Part shown: positions 60,315-64,000 of the stretch, piece by piece | Numbering within the stretch: the first letter of the stretch is position 1 | Layout: each line of letters opens with the position of its first letter | DNA from: Patescibacteria group bacterium | GTDB lineage: Bacteria > Patescibacteriota > Microgenomatia > UBA1400 > UBA1449 | Direction: 5' to 3' | DNA: 64,000 nt | Assembly (NCBI GenBank): GCA_050942955.1 | Contig: JBMNOG010000001.1 | Location: forward strand, 68,347 to 132,346 | Program-made: the position numbers and the translations under genes | Notes under the pieces: generated by a model | Told to the model about the DNA's origin: nothing | The model's input: the letters and a program-made list of their open reading frames with translations, nothing else | Database searches by the model: none

Positions 60315-61109
60315 CTACCTCGCCGTATACGTTGTTTTCCGTTGAAGCTGGTCCACACTCTCTCTCAGTCTTTTTAGAATTTCTGCAATTTCGGTTGGCT
60401 GAGGTTTCTCAATTCTTAGCGGCGGCACCTCCCTTCCCTGGGCTTTTTCTTCAATCGTTTCTTTAAGTTCCTGGGTGTAGATATCTTGGTATTTTTCCGG
60501 GTTAAATGAAGTACTGAGTCTGTCAATAAGCTGCAGCGCGGCTGACATCTCCTCTTCGGAAACTAACACAGTTCTGGGAACATACAAATCTGTAGGCTTT
60601 CTAATATCGCTATCAAAGCGCATTTGGTTTAGCATGAGCATATCATCTTCAGGTTTAATAACACCCAAATGTTCACGAGTCTTCAGAATAAACCTTGCTA
60701 TCCCCACTTTTCCGGATTTTCTCAGAGCTTCCCTTAGAAGAACATAGGCTTTTTCAGAACCCTTTCCTGCTTCAAGGTAAAAAGGTTTTTGATAGTACTT
60801 GCTATCAATATCTACTTCGTCAACAAGGTCTACGATCTGAATACTGTTCGTTTTTCTAACATTCGCTTTTTCAAAGTCTTCATTATCCAAAACGACATAC
60901 TTGCCCTTGCGGTACTCATACCCTCTGACAATGTTTTCGTAAGGCACTTTTTCACCTGTAGTTTTACAAATACGTTCATAACCCACAGGACAAAGATCAT
61001 CTTTCCGCAGATAATCAAATTCTAACCGTCTTTGTTTGGTAGCTGTGTAGAGTCTCACTGGAATATTTACCAAACCAAATGATATCGTTCCTGTCCAAAT
61101 TGACTTCAT
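60315..61109 (-). CDS. ku: Ku protein (bacterial NHEJ DNA-end-binding protein)
   Basis: MKSIWTGTISFGLVNIPVRLYTAT...YLRKDD...VPYENIVRGYEY. Confidence 0.9.
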   Translation of the reverse strand: MKSIWTGTISFGLVNIPVRLYTATKQRRLEFDYLRKDDLCPVGYERICKTTGEKVPYENIVRGYEYRKGKYVVLDNEDFEKANVRKTNSIQIVDLVDEVDIDSKYYQKPFYLEAGKGSEKAYVLLREALRKSGKVGIARFILKTREHLGVIKPEDDMLMLNQMRFDSDIRKPTDLYVPRTVLVSEEEMSAALQLIDRLSTSFNPEKYQDIYTQELKETIEEKAQGREVPPLRIEKPQPTEIAEILKRLRESVDQLQRKTTYTAR

Positions 61110-61341
61110 GAGCTTACCCTATGTTCTGCATATAAATACCATGCAATAACATGGTAAGAAAGCTGAAAGAAGCACGCACCTACTCGTATTCTCCCCAAAT
61201 TTTTATTACCTTCACATTGCCTACTAAGTTCAGATTTCTATAGTGGTTTTGTATTTGAGCTGAGTCTATTCTTTCCAAACATGATACCCAAAGAATTCGA
61301 ACAGTTTCGATGTAACCATGAAAGTTATTGGTTCAGGAAAA

Positions 61342-61536
61342 CTACTCCTCAGAGGGCATGACAATCCAGAGAATAATGTACGGAAGAAGCCCGGGCAGCC
61401 CTCCGGGGAGTAGAAGTAAAAGGAAAACTGCTCGCACTAAAACTACATCAATGTTAAAGTAACGGGCAAGACCTAGGGCAACCCCTCCAATAACTCTGCC
61501 CTCTTTGGGTCTTACTAGTCTTTTTACTTCTTGCAT
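61342..61536 (-). CDS. PspC-domain membrane protein
   Basis: RVIGGVALGLARYFNIDVVLVRAVFLLLLL...YIILWIVMP. Confidence 0.8.
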   Translation of the reverse strand: MQEVKRLVRPKEGRVIGGVALGLARYFNIDVVLVRAVFLLLLLPGGLPGLLPYIILWIVMPSEE

Positions 61537-61693
61537 GCAATAAGCTTACAGCTTAAGCTCAAAAGGCTTACAAGAAAGAAGTAATAGTTTAGTAAGGGTT
61601 TATAAAGATTTCTTACCAGCCTCTTACTCAACCGCTATTTGATTGTGATGTTTTATTTCTAGAATTTTGCTTTAATTACACATTCCAACACCT

Positions 61694-62485
61694 ATGAAAA
61701 TCTCAATTATTTCGTTGCTTCTAATACTCTTAGTCGTTGCCGCTGTAGTATGGCTAGTTTCAGGAACTAATCTTGATTTTTTAAAAGTAATCCCCATCCA
61801 GGAAAATGAAGCGGTTCAAAACATTCCTGATTCTTCTCCATTAGTTGATGCCAACACTGCAGACGTAGCAGAACGTGCTATCGGCGCTGTAGTCACTATT
61901 GCTTCTCAACCCGGATTTTCTATTGGTGAGACTCCCCAAAACCCTGAAGAACTGCAGGTGGCTTCCGGATTCTTAATCTCAAGCGACGGTTACATTGCTA
62001 CTAATAAACATGTTGTAAGCGAGGATATTGAATCATACGAAATTATCTTGGGTGATAACCGCTATGAAGTTAAGGAGGTGTACGAAGATCCTGGTAATGA
62101 TATTGCTGTTATCAAGATCAACTCCACTTCTCTACTTTTTTTACCTTTAGGTGATTCTTCTAATCTCCAAGTTGGGCAACAGGTGGTTGCTGTGGGCACA
62201 AGTTTTGGCACGCTAGCGAATACTGTGACAACTGGAATTATTTCCGGGTTAGGCAGAGACATTACAGCCGGCACTCCATACAGCAACTATGTATCCAGAC
62301 TTGAAGATGTTATCCAAACTGATGCCGCTTTAAATCCCGGAAATTCTGGTGGACCCTTACTAAACCTTCGAGGTGAAGTTATTGGTGTTAACACCGCTGT
62401 TGCCGCCGCAGGGGAAAATATTAGCTTTGCTATCCCGGTAAATGTTTTAAAGGATTTTATTAGAAAAGTTAACTTGCAGATTTAG
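61694..62485 (+). CDS. Trypsin-like serine protease (S1C), no PDZ domain
   Basis: Signal/TM segment, then GFLISSDGYIATNKHVV, DIAVIKI and GNSGGPLLNLRGEVIGVNTAV. Confidence 0.85.
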   Translation: MKISIISLLLILLVVAAVVWLVSGTNLDFLKVIPIQENEAVQNIPDSSPLVDANTADVAERAIGAVVTIASQPGFSIGETPQNPEELQVASGFLISSDGYIATNKHVVSEDIESYEIILGDNRYEVKEVYEDPGNDIAVIKINSTSLLFLPLGDSSNLQVGQQVVAVGTSFGTLANTVTTGIISGLGRDITAGTPYSNYVSRLEDVIQTDAALNPGNSGGPLLNLRGEVIGVNTAVAAAGENISFAIPVNVLKDFIRKVNLQI

Positions 62486-63086
62486 AAGGTTTTGATTTGC
62501 TTACACTAAAAGCCTCGACAATCTCACTGTTTCTGAAAAGAATAATTTCATCAGCTGTATACATTAAGCCTTTGTTAGGATTGTTTTGAAACCCCAAGTA
62601 AACCACTTTAACTTGGACTTTTTTTAGCTCCGCAATTGCTGGCTGAAGATCAGAATCAGAACTGCAAATAATAGCTGTATCCATTTGTTTCCTGTACGCC
62701 AAAGAAACCATGTCAACTGCAATCTTCACATCTACACCCTTTTCCCTGAAAACTAACTCTTCCTCACCTCCTACCCTCACTGTCTGCGCCCGAACATTCC
62801 CTGCCCGAGTATATGTAAACCCTTGCTTCTCAATATTAGTTTTAAGCCGGCGCTGCATAGAGATTAGTTCTTTTGATTTTTCAGGGGTGGCCTCATGCTC
62901 ACGCATCCTGGCAGCATAAAATAATTTCCTCGAAAGCCGGGTACGCTTAAGCACCCGGCCCATTAGCTTTTTAAGGTTTATTGTGGCAAAATCGATTTGG
63001 TCTTTGTTTATCCCCTCTTTTCCCAAAACCTCATCCACCTTGTAGCGGAAATTTTCACCATCGATAAATAAAATTGTCTTATCCAT
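62469..63086 (-). CDS. NYN-domain (LabA/DUF88-like PIN-fold) protein
   Basis: ILFIDGENFRYKV...VKIAVDMV...AIICSSDSDLQPAI... Confidence 0.8.
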   Translation of the reverse strand: MDKTILFIDGENFRYKVDEVLGKEGINKDQIDFATINLKKLMGRVLKRTRLSRKLFYAARMREHEATPEKSKELISMQRRLKTNIEKQGFTYTRAGNVRAQTVRVGGEEELVFREKGVDVKIAVDMVSLAYRKQMDTAIICSSDSDLQPAIAELKKVQVKVVYLGFQNNPNKGLMYTADEIILFRNSEIVEAFSVSKSKPSKSAS

Positions 63087-63212
63087 ACCGCCCTATTATA
63101 CAAAAAACCTCACCGGGCAGATTGGGCATGGGTGAGGCGTGAATACTATTACTGTATATAGTTAGAAAATAAAAATCAAGTAATACCCTGGTAAGAGATA
63201 GATGAAGATAGC

Positions 63213-63605
63213 CTAATTCATGGACAGTATTGAAAACTGCAATACAGTAGCAATGCTTACCCAAATGAGATATGGGACTTGAACTAAAGAAAGTGTCTTT
63301 GAGTAAGGCCAAATAGTAATCATGCCAAGAACAATCGTTCCTAAAACAATCAGGATATCAAGTGAGGCTAGAATTAAGCTCCTCAGTCCAAAAAGAATGG
63401 GTGTAAAAAGTAGGTTAGCAACTAAATTAATAGCAAATACAACAAAAACCGATTTTTTAATATCTCCCTTAAGCGTCCGGTAAAGGATGTAGCCAAAGCT
63501 AATCAAAATAATCGGGTAAAGAAATGACCAGATAACAGAAATAGTCATCACCGAAGGCGTCCAGGAAGGTTTTTCTAAACTTTCGTACCACATTTGCCAG
63601 CTCAT
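63213..63605 (-). CDS. TspO/MBR-family (tryptophan-rich sensory protein-like) membrane protein, short form
   Basis: WYESLEKPSWTPSVMTISVIWSFLYPIILISFGYILY matches the TspO N-terminal signature. Confidence 0.65.
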   Translation of the reverse strand: MSWQMWYESLEKPSWTPSVMTISVIWSFLYPIILISFGYILYRTLKGDIKKSVFVVFAINLVANLLFTPILFGLRSLILASLDILIVLGTIVLGMITIWPYSKTLSLVQVPYLIWVSIATVLQFSILSMN

Positions 63606-63660
63606 ACAGACAGTATAAAGCGAGCAGTATGAAGAAAAGATGATGATTAGTTACGCAATG

Positions 63661-63681
63661 AATTCATATTAGATATGAATT
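63661..63681. repeat. Perfect inverted repeat AATTCATAT-tag-ATATGAATT (9-bp arms)
   Basis: Direct reading. It lies about 55 nt upstream of the TspO start and immediately before the GC-rich terminal segment. Confidence 0.5.
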
Positions 63682-63765
63682 GCTTAATCTAAATCGTGCA
63701 CATTAGAATACACATATCTTGGCACCTTGAAATGGCCCCAAAGATTCCCTAAAAGGAGATCGACA

Positions 63766-63981
63766 ATGCCTGGTGGACCTTTCCCTGATTTCGGCGATCC
63801 GCTCTACGATCCGTTTTCCAATCCCGACAACAGAATCGAGTTCTGGAGAACGAAGCACCCCCACCCAGGGCAGCTCAACCGAAAAATCGTCAGTGGTCCC
63901 GATGCAGGATTGCATCAAGGGTACGATATGACCAAGGGGAGCACCTTTCAGAGCACGCAGGATCCTTTTCGAGGCCGCTAG
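63766..63981 (+). CDS. Possible small Pro/Gly/Asp-rich ORF inside the GC-rich terminal segment. An overlapping antisense ORF is equally possible
   Basis: An AAAGGAG RBS lies 7 nt upstream of ATG (MPGGPFPDFGDPLYDPF...). The composition is unlike the rest of the window. Confidence 0.2.
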   Translation: MPGGPFPDFGDPLYDPFSNPDNRIEFWRTKHPHPGQLNRKIVSGPDAGLHQGYDMTKGSTFQSTQDPFRGR

Positions 63982-64000
63982 CAACCGTGTAGGTTGACAG

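Noticed and set aside
63703-63984. 93-aa minus-strand ORF at the window end
   Set aside because: It overlaps the plus-strand ORF in the same GC-rich segment. I cannot tell which of the two is real, so only the one with a visible RBS is listed, at low confidence.

Overview
This is a 64-kb stretch of a low-GC (about 40%) bacterial chromosome, densely packed with mostly core housekeeping genes. The compact gene set, type IV pilus cluster and many small hypothetical membrane proteins fit a small-genome lineage such as CPR/Patescibacteria, but that is inference only. The standard genetic code applies: TGA, TAA and TAG all appear as stops on long intact housekeeping ORFs.

Main content, in order:
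- A complete type IV pilus module: pilD (partial at the window edge, on the minus strand and missed by the ORF track), a pilin gene, pilC, pilT and pilB. A small GIY-YIG nuclease gene bracketed by a family of palindromic repeats sits inside it.
- holB(delta')-gyrB-ppa-GNAT-gyrA, then an acyltransferase.
- A lone Xer-type tyrosine recombinase next to a 1.45-kb gene-free AT-rich stretch.
- yebC, an LCP-family gene, tgt, rluA, lspA, lgt and efp.
- One tRNA-Leu(CAA), preceded by a 30-nt duplicate of its own 5' end.
- dnaB, hisS, rpmE, prfA, htrA, and an rpsF-ssb-rpsR-[hyp]-[ctpA]-rplI block.
- ychF, a P-type cation ATPase, and a Pif1/RecD-like helicase interrupted by an in-frame TGA.
- Next to the helicase, a Rad52-like single-strand-annealing-type protein fused to a zinc ribbon.
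- purF, an AlkD-like glycosylase, an XRE regulator with small membrane proteins, and a dienelactone hydrolase.
- A Lon-like (COG1067) protease with a degenerate Walker A, followed by CapA and YfcE phosphoesterases.
- A PEBP-family protein, Ku, a PspC-domain protein, an S1C protease, and NYN and TspO proteins.
- A sharp GC-rich shift in the last ~280 nt.

I found no rRNA, no CRISPR array, and no unambiguous IS or transposase.
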